From assembly GCA_030750465.1 (NCBI GenBank), contig JASMHZ010000002.1:1948-65947 (forward strand): a stretch of 64,000 bases of DNA. The letters run 5' to 3'. Shown piece by piece: positions 1-8,317 of this stretch. The DNA comes from Candidatus Peribacteraceae bacterium (lineage in GTDB: Bacteria; Patescibacteriota; Gracilibacteria; Peribacterales; Peribacteraceae). The position numbers and the translations under genes were made by a program. The first letter of the stretch is position 1; each line of letters begins with the position of its first letter. The notes below the pieces were generated by a model. The model was given only the letters and a program-made list of their open reading frames with translations. It did not search any database and was not told the DNA's origin.

Positions 1-1
1 G

Positions 2-109
2 GGTATTTGTTATGTACTAGGGCAAATAAAAGAACAAGATATTAGTTCAGCAAATCTGCTTGAAGTATTCTCGAATAGACATTCGAGCTCACTTGAACGA
101 ATGAAATAA
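2..109 (+). CDS. 3' end of an unidentified CDS entering from the left edge (partial)
   Basis: The frame is open from the window start to TAA at 107-109, 1 nt before the next ATG. Only ~35 codons are visible and no motif is recognised. Confidence 0.25.
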   Translation, partial: GICYVLGQIKEQDISSANLLEVFSNRHSSSLERMK

Positions 110-110
110 C

Positions 111-563
111 ATGGAAAAACAAGTCATCCTTCTCGCCCACAATATCAGATCCTTATGGAACGTTGGATCATTCTTCCGAACTTGCGATGCTTTCGGAGTC
201 AGCAAACTAATTCTAACCGGGTATACCGCAACTCCACCACGTCGCGAAATAAGCAAAACCGCAATAGGAGCTGAGGAGTGGATACCGTGGGAGCATCATA
301 AAGATCCTCTTGAAGTAATAACTGATCTGAAGCAAGAAGGGTGGGGGATTGTAGGATTAGAAATTACTAAGGATGCTCAGAAAATTAATGAATATAATCC
401 TCCCGATAAAGTTTGTTTAATAGTAGGGCACGAAGTTAAGGGGGTACCTAAAGAAGTTTTAGATAAATGTGATGATGTTGTATATATTCCAATGCAGGGA
501 AAAAAGGAATCATTGAATGTGTCAGTTGCTACGGGGATAGCACTTAGTAGAATGTTAAATTAA
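111..563 (+). CDS. SpoU/TrmH-family RNA 2'-O-methyltransferase
   Basis: Carries the SpoU motifs NVGSFFRTCDAFGV, LIVGHEVKGVP and IPMQGKKESLNVSVATGIAL. At 150 aa it is the size of a minimal TrmH/TrmL-type enzyme. Confidence 0.85.
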   Translation: MEKQVILLAHNIRSLWNVGSFFRTCDAFGVSKLILTGYTATPPRREISKTAIGAEEWIPWEHHKDPLEVITDLKQEGWGIVGLEITKDAQKINEYNPPDKVCLIVGHEVKGVPKEVLDKCDDVVYIPMQGKKESLNVSVATGIALSRMLN

Positions 564-572
564 GAGATGAAT

Positions 573-1775
573 CTAAGATACCTTCTTCCATTTCTCCCAA
601 TCAGTATCCAACATTGCTCCAAATGCGATGAATACTCCAATCATAACTAATATCCAGCCGATTACGGGGATAATTCCAATGAACTTAAGGGCTATGAAGT
701 AGCCTAGTGATGAAAAGAATACTTTGGTCTTGCCCCATTTCTTTTTCGCGTACTTAATCTCTGTGCTTTTAGCAAGAACTATCGCGGTCAGAGGTTTGGC
801 AAAGAAGATCATGAAGCCGTACATGATGAAAATGAATAGCGAAATTGGAATACCAATGACGGTTATAAGGAACAGGACTCCGATTACCGGCGTAACAACA
901 AAGTAAAGAAGGCCTATAAGAGCGCTTCTGCCGGGTGCCTTAATTGCTTTCATGGAACAATCATTAAAGTATGTTTTCGTTATCAGAAGCATAATAAGGA
1001 TGAACAATGCAGCAGCGAGCAGGGAGTAACCGAATATTGCCATCAGGGCTACCTTGAATGCTCCTCTGGCCGTTGCTTCCACAATGTCTTTTGTAACGGC
1101 CTTAAGTTCCGGATTGAATTTAGTTGTTCCTCCAACAATGCCCGAGTAAGGATCTTTATCCTCATCCATCCAATATTCCATGTTACCGCTGATATATGCA
1201 TTCTCACCAACCTCAACATCTGCTGAGATAACTTGGGCGTCTCCCTTGACAATTCCCTCAATCTGGAATGCGTCTGATTTTACGTCAATATCTCCATTAA
1301 CAGTTCCTGTAAGAATCACGTCGCCTCCTGCGGTTCTTAGGTTTCCTTTAATCAGTCCTTCTATTATTAGCAATCCTCCAAATACATATGCGTCTCCTTC
1401 GATGATCGCATCTTTCGCAACGCGAATATTTCCTCCAGCAATAATAAGATCGTCTCCTACCATTCCTTCAATATCAATTTCACCTCCGGCTGCTCGCACA
1501 TCATCCAGGACTTTGCCTTTTACATCTATACTGCCTCCTGCTGCGATCAGGTCTTGTGATACATCGCCGGAAACCGAGACTTCACCTCCGGCGATTATCA
1601 GATCTCCTCCAACCATTTCATTCACATGAACAAGTCCACCTGCAACATAAAGGTCGTCCTGAATTGGGACAGAGACTGTAAACAGCTCATCATCACCACT
1701 TGCAGCTTGGAAGACTGCAGCGGAAGCTGTAATTGGAATAATCAGAGAAAGAAAGATTACGGAGAAGCGTTTCAT
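573..1775 (-). CDS. membrane protein with a signal peptide, a GG-repeat beta-helix-like ectodomain (bactofilin/DUF583-like) and a multi-TM C-terminus
   Basis: Signal peptide MKRFSVIFLSLIIPITASA. About 12 degenerate turns of the type GGDLIIAGGEVSVSGDV. The C-terminal third is hydrophobic. Confidence 0.6.
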   Translation of the reverse strand: MKRFSVIFLSLIIPITASAAVFQAASGDDELFTVSVPIQDDLYVAGGLVHVNEMVGGDLIIAGGEVSVSGDVSQDLIAAGGSIDVKGKVLDDVRAAGGEIDIEGMVGDDLIIAGGNIRVAKDAIIEGDAYVFGGLLIIEGLIKGNLRTAGGDVILTGTVNGDIDVKSDAFQIEGIVKGDAQVISADVEVGENAYISGNMEYWMDEDKDPYSGIVGGTTKFNPELKAVTKDIVEATARGAFKVALMAIFGYSLLAAALFILIMLLITKTYFNDCSMKAIKAPGRSALIGLLYFVVTPVIGVLFLITVIGIPISLFIFIMYGFMIFFAKPLTAIVLAKSTEIKYAKKKWGKTKVFFSSLGYFIALKFIGIIPVIGWILVMIGVFIAFGAMLDTDWEKWKKVS

Positions 1776-1789
1776 AGCAGAAAGGGGAA

Positions 1790-2569
1790 TTAGAAGAATA
1801 TAAGTTTAACAGAAAGTGCAGATACAACGAAAGCAAGCAAAACTCTTACCCACTTATCTCCTTTCTTAATTGCTGTTTTGGAGCCAATATGAGCTCCAAT
1901 TATGTATCCTAATCCGAGAGGAATTGCATAAGACCAAACAACAATACCCTCTAAAATGAATATAATCATTACCACAACACGAGAAAGAATCTTTGGCACA
2001 ATCATAGTTGCTTTACTTTCGATGAAAGTGAAGCCAAAGAAAAATACCAGAACATACATCGTTAAAGTCATGCCTCCTCCGGGGAAAATTCCCGACCAAA
2101 TGGAAATAATAAAAACGCAAAAATACCCTATTAATTTTTTCTTATGAGAAGTAATTTTATTCTTGATGCCGAATTCACTATTAAAAAGAAAGAATAGAGG
2201 AAGCATTATTGCTATACCTAATCCCTTTTTAAGAATGTCTGCATCGATACTTAGCATCATCTCTGCTCCGGTCACTCCTCCCAATAAAAATATAATCATA
2301 AACGGAACTGTATATTCCCACTTTATCTTGCCGGCTTTTGAATAGTTTCTAAGCGAGGGGGCAGCTCCAAATAGAGTTGCAACTCTGTGTACGGCAATTG
2401 CTGAATGTGAAGGAAGGCCAAGAAGTATCATTGAAGGAATCGAAATAGATCCTCCTCCGCCGACTTGCGATCCTACGAAACTCGCGCACATTCCTACAAT
2501 GAATGCGAGAATGGTTGTTGTTGGATCTGCCATTAATTCTATCTTACACTGTTTATGTTGGATCAACAT
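1790..2569 (-). CDS. TauE/SafE (DUF81) family anion exporter-like membrane protein
   Basis: Multi-pass membrane protein with the signature FVGSQVGGGGSISIPSMILLG. An ATG at 2533 is an alternative start that avoids overlap with the upstream gene. Confidence 0.8.
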   Translation of the reverse strand: MLIQHKQCKIELMADPTTTILAFIVGMCASFVGSQVGGGGSISIPSMILLGLPSHSAIAVHRVATLFGAAPSLRNYSKAGKIKWEYTVPFMIIFLLGGVTGAEMMLSIDADILKKGLGIAIMLPLFFLFNSEFGIKNKITSHKKKLIGYFCVFIISIWSGIFPGGGMTLTMYVLVFFFGFTFIESKATMIVPKILSRVVVMIIFILEGIVVWSYAIPLGLGYIIGAHIGSKTAIKKGDKWVRVLLAFVVSALSVKLIFF

Positions 2570-2903
2570 CTACTACTCCCTTTTGCCTCCAGGCATTTAG
2601 TAATAATTGGGCAGACAATCTTGCCACCAGACGTTTACGTTCCACAATTTGTTCTCTGGAGATTGGTACGCCAAATTGTTCATCTATTACTTCTTCAATT
2701 ATTCTTTCAAGTGCGTCTAGCATTGGCATATCCAAACCAGACAAATATCTACTCAGTATCTCATCTAAGCAATATCCTACTGTGGACCAATCTAAATTTT
2801 GAACTAATTCTTCTAATTCTGTATCTGCCAGTGTAGTAGCAATAGGCACTGCTACACTTTGTGATAGGATTTCATTGAGTGAGTCGTCAAGTGAATCATT
2901 CAT
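2553..2903 (-). CDS. hypothetical acidic protein
   Basis: 116-aa ORF in tandem with the neighbouring minus-strand genes. No motif recognised. Confidence 0.45.
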   Translation of the reverse strand: MNDSLDDSLNEILSQSVAVPIATTLADTELEELVQNLDWSTVGYCLDEILSRYLSGLDMPMLDALERIIEEVIDEQFGVPISREQIVERKRLVARLSAQLLLNAWRQKGVVDVDPT

Positions 2904-2973
2904 TATTAACAGATTAACAAATGAAATAGTATTCCATGATTATATAGAATTAAATCGCAGTCAAGATAATTAA

Positions 2974-5076
2974 TTAAACGCATTCAATAGGATCCACATC
3001 TACAACAACTCCCTTAAGATCCAGTTGCTTCAACACTTTCTCGGGATTAACCCCCCTGATCAACACCTGCCAAGTCTTACCTCCGCCGAAAAGTTGGGGT
3101 GATGCATGTGAAATTAGATCTGACTCGGATCGGATTTTATCACGAAGTTCTTTGGCTTTGGTCTCAGGATCTTCCCTGACGACAAGTCTGATTATTTTGG
3201 TTGCTGGCGGATATCTGGCATGGATTCGCAGTTTCAGCTCTTCATCCAAGAATTCTTCAGTTTTATGCTCGGCGGCAAACTTAACTTCCGGTGCATTTGG
3301 TCTGAAGGTTTGAATTATCACTTCGCCGGTCTTTGCCCTGCCTGATCTTCCCGTTAGTTGCGTGAGCAATTGGAAGATTCTTTCGCCTGCACGAAAGTGT
3401 GGGAGGCTTAGTCCAACATCAGCAACTAAAACCGCAGCCAATGTCACATTAGGAAGATCAAGGCCTTTTACAACTGATTGTGTTCCCAAAAGAATATCAG
3501 CCTGATTCTCTCTCATTTTTTTAAGAAGAAGTCTCATATGTTCAGGATGAGTTAGAGTGTCGCTATCGGCTCTCAGAAGTCTTGCATTAGGGAACTCTGC
3601 GTTCAAAATCTCTTCTATGCGCTGTGTACCTGCGCCTATTGCATGAAGTCTGACTGAGCTACATGATGGACAAGTCGCAGGAACTTCTCCGCGTGTGCCA
3701 GTTGTATGATCGAGCAAGTAAGGATTGCCCTGATAATCTTTGTGTACTGTGAATGGCAGATTGGATTCGGGAGATACAATTCTTCTTTTGCAGTCCAGAC
3801 ACATGAGTGCAGAAGAAACTCCTCTTCTATTAATAAATAAAACTGATTGCTCGTGCTTTTTAATTCTGTCCGAGATCGCATCAAGCAATGGGGGAGTGAA
3901 TGGGTATAGCTTTCCAAAATTTGAATCTGCCAAATCAATAATTCTGACACTAGGAAGAGGCTGATCTTGATAGCGCTCAGTAAGTTTTACAAAATTATAT
4001 TCACCTGACTTGGCTCTTGCCCAAGATTCAAGTGAAGGTGTCGCAGTTCCAAGTACCAGCTTAGCTCCCGCAAATTCGCAAAGCTTAACTGCCGTCTCTC
4101 GTGCGTGATAACGCGGACTCTGTTCATTCTTGTATGTCCATTCATGCTCTTCGTCGATTATGACTAAGCCTAAATTGGGTACAGGAGCAAATAATGCGCT
4201 TCTGGAGCCTATAACAAGACTAATTCCACCATTATGAATCTTGGTCCATGCTCTTCTGCGCTGAGCGATTGTGAGTCTGCTGTGAACTACTGCTATGTGC
4301 TTAAGCCCAAGCAGCTCATCAAAACGATGTATGCAGTGTTCAGTTAATAAAATTTCAGGTACAAGCAGTATTGCTTGTTTGCCTGAATGAACAGCATCTG
4401 AAATCATTTGGGCATAGATCTCTGTCTTTCCGCTTGATGTGATTCCAAATAGTAATGAAGGCTTATCTGACTTCTTGATTTTTTTATATGCTTCATTTTG
4501 AGCATTTGTAAGTTTAGGTTCATTTATCTCAGGCTTGATGTGGTCGTAAGTCTCCTCTCGCTCTTCCATCGCAAGTCTGCCTTTTTCTGCTAACTTCTTC
4601 AAACTTGAACCCGATACGTTTATTTCATCTTTAATCTGCGAAAGCGGCACCCAGTCTTTATCTCGCAGATATTCAACAATCATCTGTTGGTTTACTCCGC
4701 GCTTAGGAATAGTTGGATCAATTAATTTGAAGTAAGGCTCTTTCTTAGGCTTTAGTTTCTTCCAACTCGGAGTTGGAAGCCAAACTCGAAGCGCTTGCCT
4801 GAGGGAACAGCAATAGTAATTACTTATCCATTCTAAGGTCTTTAACTGAGTAGAGTTTAGAAGAGGGGACTCGGCCAAGACTGCCTCTACATTCTTGATA
4901 TCGAAATCTTGGTCTTTGCGTTGTTTCATAACTTCAAACACAACACCTTCGACAATCTCTTTTCTAAGCGGAATTGAAACATGCGAGCCCTCCTTCAGCT
5001 CAAAATCTCCGCAATCGTATGTAAGACCATTGCCGATTCCGGGAGAGCGCGAACGTGTGAGGACTCTGCAGAGCAT
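2974..5076 (-). CDS. priA: primosomal protein N' (replication restart helicase PriA)
   Basis: Walker A GITSSGKTEIY, the DEEHE box, a Cys-rich zinc region (CLDCKR...CPSCSS) and a length of 700 aa. Confidence 0.93.
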   Translation of the reverse strand: MLCRVLTRSRSPGIGNGLTYDCGDFELKEGSHVSIPLRKEIVEGVVFEVMKQRKDQDFDIKNVEAVLAESPLLNSTQLKTLEWISNYYCCSLRQALRVWLPTPSWKKLKPKKEPYFKLIDPTIPKRGVNQQMIVEYLRDKDWVPLSQIKDEINVSGSSLKKLAEKGRLAMEEREETYDHIKPEINEPKLTNAQNEAYKKIKKSDKPSLLFGITSSGKTEIYAQMISDAVHSGKQAILLVPEILLTEHCIHRFDELLGLKHIAVVHSRLTIAQRRRAWTKIHNGGISLVIGSRSALFAPVPNLGLVIIDEEHEWTYKNEQSPRYHARETAVKLCEFAGAKLVLGTATPSLESWARAKSGEYNFVKLTERYQDQPLPSVRIIDLADSNFGKLYPFTPPLLDAISDRIKKHEQSVLFINRRGVSSALMCLDCKRRIVSPESNLPFTVHKDYQGNPYLLDHTTGTRGEVPATCPSCSSVRLHAIGAGTQRIEEILNAEFPNARLLRADSDTLTHPEHMRLLLKKMRENQADILLGTQSVVKGLDLPNVTLAAVLVADVGLSLPHFRAGERIFQLLTQLTGRSGRAKTGEVIIQTFRPNAPEVKFAAEHKTEEFLDEELKLRIHARYPPATKIIRLVVREDPETKAKELRDKIRSESDLISHASPQLFGGGKTWQVLIRGVNPEKVLKQLDLKGVVVDVDPIECV

Positions 5077-5131
5077 TTATAGTGAGTGTAATCGAACTAT
5101 GAGGTGGTTATCATAGCTTAAGCCTGCAATT

Positions 5132-5282
5132 GTCTGAACCTTGATTTTTTCCACACGTAGAGCACGTCTTCGACGTGCGATGTAAACCAATAGCATTGAT
5201 CGCAGGTCTGGATTCGACAAGCTCACCACAGGGAAGACCTGCTCTCATCCATGATAAATAGATCGTGAATCAGGATTCAGAC
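5132..5282. mobile_element. MITE-like element, copy 1 (~151 bp)
   Basis: Terminal inverted repeats GTCTGAACCTTGAT and ATCAGGATTCAGAC. Internal hairpins GCACGTCTTCGACGTGC and GCAGGTC...GACCTGC. Roughly 80 percent identical, in reverse orientation, to 39363-39514. Confidence 0.7.
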
Positions 5283-5351
5283 AGATGGTGAACAAATAAA
5301 GAACCTGCACTCTAGCCATATGTGTGGTTTTGACGTAGAATAGGAAGAGAT

Positions 5352-5372
5352 CGGGGCTAGCTTAAGTTGGCT
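5352..5372 (+). repeat. decayed echo of the tRNA-Pro 5' end
   Basis: CGGGGCTAGCTTAAGTTGGCT compared with the tRNA 5' end CGGGGCGTAGCTCAGTTGGCT, located 107 nt upstream of the gene. Confidence 0.6.
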
Positions 5373-5458
5373 GTCGAGCGCACGCGAAGCGGGAGCGAGC
5401 AAATTAATAACCAGTACTCTAGCCATTCATCTGTTCTTTCATCATAATAGAAACACGT
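5373..5458 (+). promoter_or_regulatory. conserved tRNA promoter/leader cassette (tRNA-Pro copy)
   Basis: 86 nt, about three quarters identical to 19236-19322 on the minus strand. Contains TAGCCA-N17-CATAAT (-10 at 5443-5448), ending 10 nt before tRNA position +1. Confidence 0.55.
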
Positions 5459-5535
5459 CGGGGCGTAGCTCAGTTGGCTAGAGTACCTGCTTTGGGAGCA
5501 GGGGGTCGCTGGTTCGAGTCCAGTCGCCCCGACCA
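5459..5535 (+). tRNA. tRNA-Pro (anticodon TGG), CCA encoded
   Basis: Manual cloverleaf: acceptor stem CGGGGCG/CGCCCCG, anticodon stem CCTGC/GCAGG, loop TTTGGGA, T-loop TTCGAGT. Confidence 0.93.
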
Positions 5536-5550
5536 CACTCTCTTGTTCAT

Positions 5551-6258
5551 ATGAAAACCTTCAAATACTACGACTTCGTAATGGCTTCTTTTGTAGCCGT
5601 TTTGTTACTGAGCAACATCGCATCTTCCGCAAAGATCATAGATTGGAATACAGACATCTTCGGACTCAGATTAGCTTTCGATGCGGGAACATTGCTCTTC
5701 CCACTCAGTTACATCTTCGGAGATATCTTAACTGAGGTTTACGGTTATGCGAGAGCGAGGAAAGTAATTTGGACGGGTTTCCTATGGTCAGCAATAATGG
5801 CAGGAGTATTCTTCGTCATCCAAAAGATGCCGGGGGAATCTGAGTGGCTCGGATATGCAGGCAATGAAGCTTACGCAAGCATCCTTGGTGGTGTAAGTAC
5901 AGGTGGAATAATTGTCGCAAGCTTGTGTGCTTACTTTGTTGGTGAATTTTCCAACTCCTACGTTTTGGCAAAGATGAAGATAGCATCTGCGGGGAAAAAG
6001 CTTTGGGCAAGAACGATTGGATCAACTCTAATAGGTCAGGCTCTAGACACAACTGTATTCATTCTTATCGCATGCGCTCTTGGTGTTTTCCCTTGGGCAA
6101 TCGCAGTTAGCTTGATCGTCGCAAATTACATATTCAAAGTCGGGATTGAAGTTATATTAACTCCGGCGACTTACAAGGTTGTTGGATTCCTTAAAAAAGC
6201 TGAAAGTGAGGATTATTATGATAAGGGGACTGACTTTAATCCTTTTTACTGCAAGTAG
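5551..6258 (+). CDS. yhhQ: queuosine-precursor transporter, YhhQ/VUT (DUF165) family
   Basis: The family-typical motif FPLSYIFGDILTEVYGYARARKVIW and about 6 TM segments. Confidence 0.8.
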   Translation: MKTFKYYDFVMASFVAVLLLSNIASSAKIIDWNTDIFGLRLAFDAGTLLFPLSYIFGDILTEVYGYARARKVIWTGFLWSAIMAGVFFVIQKMPGESEWLGYAGNEAYASILGGVSTGGIIVASLCAYFVGEFSNSYVLAKMKIASAGKKLWARTIGSTLIGQALDTTVFILIACALGVFPWAIAVSLIVANYIFKVGIEVILTPATYKVVGFLKKAESEDYYDKGTDFNPFYCK

Positions 6259-6310
6259 ATAAAGTTAAATAGATGCTTGACCATACGTAAATTAGTTATA
6301 TTTTACACTC

Positions 6311-6601
6311 ATGACTGAAACAAGTTGGTTTCCCACCAGCGATGCGATAAGCGGAGATGATGATTCGGGTTACACTGTTTCTTTAACAACGAATCAGGAT
6401 AATGATATTCCAGAATCACTTGAGCAAGGATCTGGAGTTATAATTTGCGGTGATCATTGTTATCAAATATTAAGAGTTCTTTCATCAGTAGGAAATAAGG
6501 CAAGGCTTGTTGTTTCCATGTGTGATTGCGGCCAGGAGTTTGATCACAAGACAAATCAACTTGAATCATATAGTCATCCAATGGAATTTAGGCTCGCATA
6601 A
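6311..6601 (+). CDS. hypothetical protein
   Basis: 96-aa ORF on the opposite strand to its neighbours. No motif recognised. Confidence 0.35.
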   Translation: MTETSWFPTSDAISGDDDSGYTVSLTTNQDNDIPESLEQGSGVIICGDHCYQILRVLSSVGNKARLVVSMCDCGQEFDHKTNQLESYSHPMEFRLA

Positions 6602-6618
6602 TCCTGAGGTCAGGTTCA

Positions 6619-7365
6619 TCAATTACTTTCCGACTCTGCATCTTTAAACTTAATAAAAGGAATACTGGGATCAGCCTGATTCACTTTATACATTGCGTGA
6701 TGTGCGCCAAGAGTAAATTTTTTGCTAGTGTTGTTATTAGCTAAATTGATTGCAAAGGCATTGCCATTCTTGAATATGGTTCCGGCGTCAAAATTAAAGT
6801 CGTCTTCTCTGTCGGGCCTTTCATGTTGATATAAAAGATTCCCCAATACACCCAAGAATTTATCGGGGAGTATTTCTGTTAAGTGCTTTGTTCTTGCTCT
6901 AGTGTGATATATGTGACTCCTGCTTAGCTCCTCAACACTTAAGTGAGCAAGAGGAGCTGCAATCTTTAGGTCGTTTGGTTTGAGAGCAAGCCACAAAAGT
7001 CTATTCGCTTCTGCTATCATATTTCCGGGAGTCTTTCCTGATTCCTGAAAAGTCGGGGTAACTTCAATTTGAAGTGCGGTGTCACATATGGGCGGGATTG
7101 CAACATTCTTTGGAAATCTCTCTTTTCCCAGAGTTCCGGCAATATCATCGGAAACGCCAATCCTTACTCCGTTCAATCGAAAGGCAATTTCACCGCAAAC
7201 ATCTGCAAGTTTGGTGCTTTCTCCTTAAAGCATTTTAACGCCCAAAAAAGCTGTAACAGATCTGCAATCGGGGTTAGCAGATTGTTCTGGCTGTGTCCGC
7301 TCAGGTTCAGTACTTCTATGACGCGATGCTCCATAAGCACCGCCTACTCTGTTTCTGTGTGACAT
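6619..7365 (-). pseudogene. hypothetical ORF interrupted by one in-frame TAA (7225-7227)
   Basis: ATG at 7365 opens a 46-codon frame that stops at TAA. The same frame then continues into the 185-aa ORF 6619-7176. No family recognised. Confidence 0.4.
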
Positions 7366-7435
7366 TGGCAAAGGTTATATGCTCAGGTAGTGATTGTGTC
7401 AAATCTTTTCATGACTATTGATGGCAACTATAAAC

Positions 7436-7552
7436 CCTCATCCCCCTGCCCTTCTCCCAAGGGAGAAGGGAGCTACTTCTGTGAAATAAACGTGTATTTT
7501 TCATCAACGAAGTAGCTCCTCTCTCCTTGCAGGAGAGGGGTCGGGGGTGAGG
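7436..7552. other. 117-nt nested-palindrome element predicted to fold as a four-way junction
   Basis: Outer stem CCTCATCCCCC/GGGGGTGAGG encloses three hairpins: 7449-7470, a 10-bp stem; 7471-7517, a 9-bp stem with a 29-nt loop; and 7518-7540, a 10-bp stem. Confidence 0.5.
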
Positions 7553-7566
7553 TCGAATAGCTAGGC

Positions 7567-8217
7567 TTATTCTGCTTTCAAAAACTCTGCTTTCTTTTCT
7601 TTGATACATACAGCACGCTCCAAGCTAATTTTCTTTACACATGCTTTTCGTGCTTTAATCATTGCGTTGCGTTCCGCTCTTGCGCCAACGACTTGGTATC
7701 TCTCCTTCTTTCGAATTTGCGCGCGTTCATTAGAGCGGAATATCTGGAATTGGTGCGCCTTTTCGCGTTGCGTTTTAGGAATTCCAGAAGTGAACCTTCT
7801 GCGTATGCGTTGCTTGTTAACGATCGATCTATTAATTTGATTATCGGATGATTTCCTATTATCTACGCTTGTATTTACTTGTGCTTGCGTTCTTTTGACA
7901 GAACGCCTCGCTCCTCTGCGCTGGCGCCTGGAAAGATTTACCTGCCTTTGTTTTGTATTGATGCATCGATTTAGATTAAACCTAAGTGCTCCTAAGACAT
8001 CGCCTCCTGGGATCCCAAGCTCATCTCTACACTTTGTAGCCCATAGTTGATTTTGGTCTTCTTCGGATACTGAGTCTTGTTCAACTGGAACATCGACAAC
8101 AGGTGTTGAAGCTGATTTCTTGAAAGAAGAGAAATGATGAATAGAATATGCTGATGCAGAGAGGGGGATAGACAGGGCAACGGCCGCTGAAGTCAGTTTT
8201 ATAAGTAAGTTACTCAT
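7567..8217 (-). CDS. secreted, highly basic (R/K/Q-rich) hypothetical protein
   Basis: Signal peptide MSNLLIKLTSAAVALSIPLSASA from the ATG at 8217. A TTG at 8229 is also possible. Confidence 0.55.
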   Translation of the reverse strand: MSNLLIKLTSAAVALSIPLSASAYSIHHFSSFKKSASTPVVDVPVEQDSVSEEDQNQLWATKCRDELGIPGGDVLGALRFNLNRCINTKQRQVNLSRRQRRGARRSVKRTQAQVNTSVDNRKSSDNQINRSIVNKQRIRRRFTSGIPKTQREKAHQFQIFRSNERAQIRKKERYQVVGARAERNAMIKARKACVKKISLERAVCIKEKKAEFLKAE

Positions 8218-8260
8218 AGTGGTTATCAATTGTCCTCTATTGTTGATTTTAAGTCAAGTA

Positions 8261-8294
8261 TTTTAGTTTTTGGTTTTTAGTTTTTAGTTTTTAG
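8261..8294. repeat. tandem TTTTTAG-type heptamer tract
   Basis: The sequence is ttttagtttttggtttttagtttttagtttttag. It is a solo arm with no complementary partner nearby. Confidence 0.7.
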
Positions 8295-8317
8295 TATTCT
8301 TCTCTTATACTTCATTT

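Noticed and set aside
7415-7609. 64-aa ORF (…PHPRPLSCKERGATS…) in the six-frame track.
   Set aside because: It is a translation of the GC-rich stems of the nested palindrome at 7436-7552 and overlaps the 3' end of the neighbouring gene. It has no independent coding signal.
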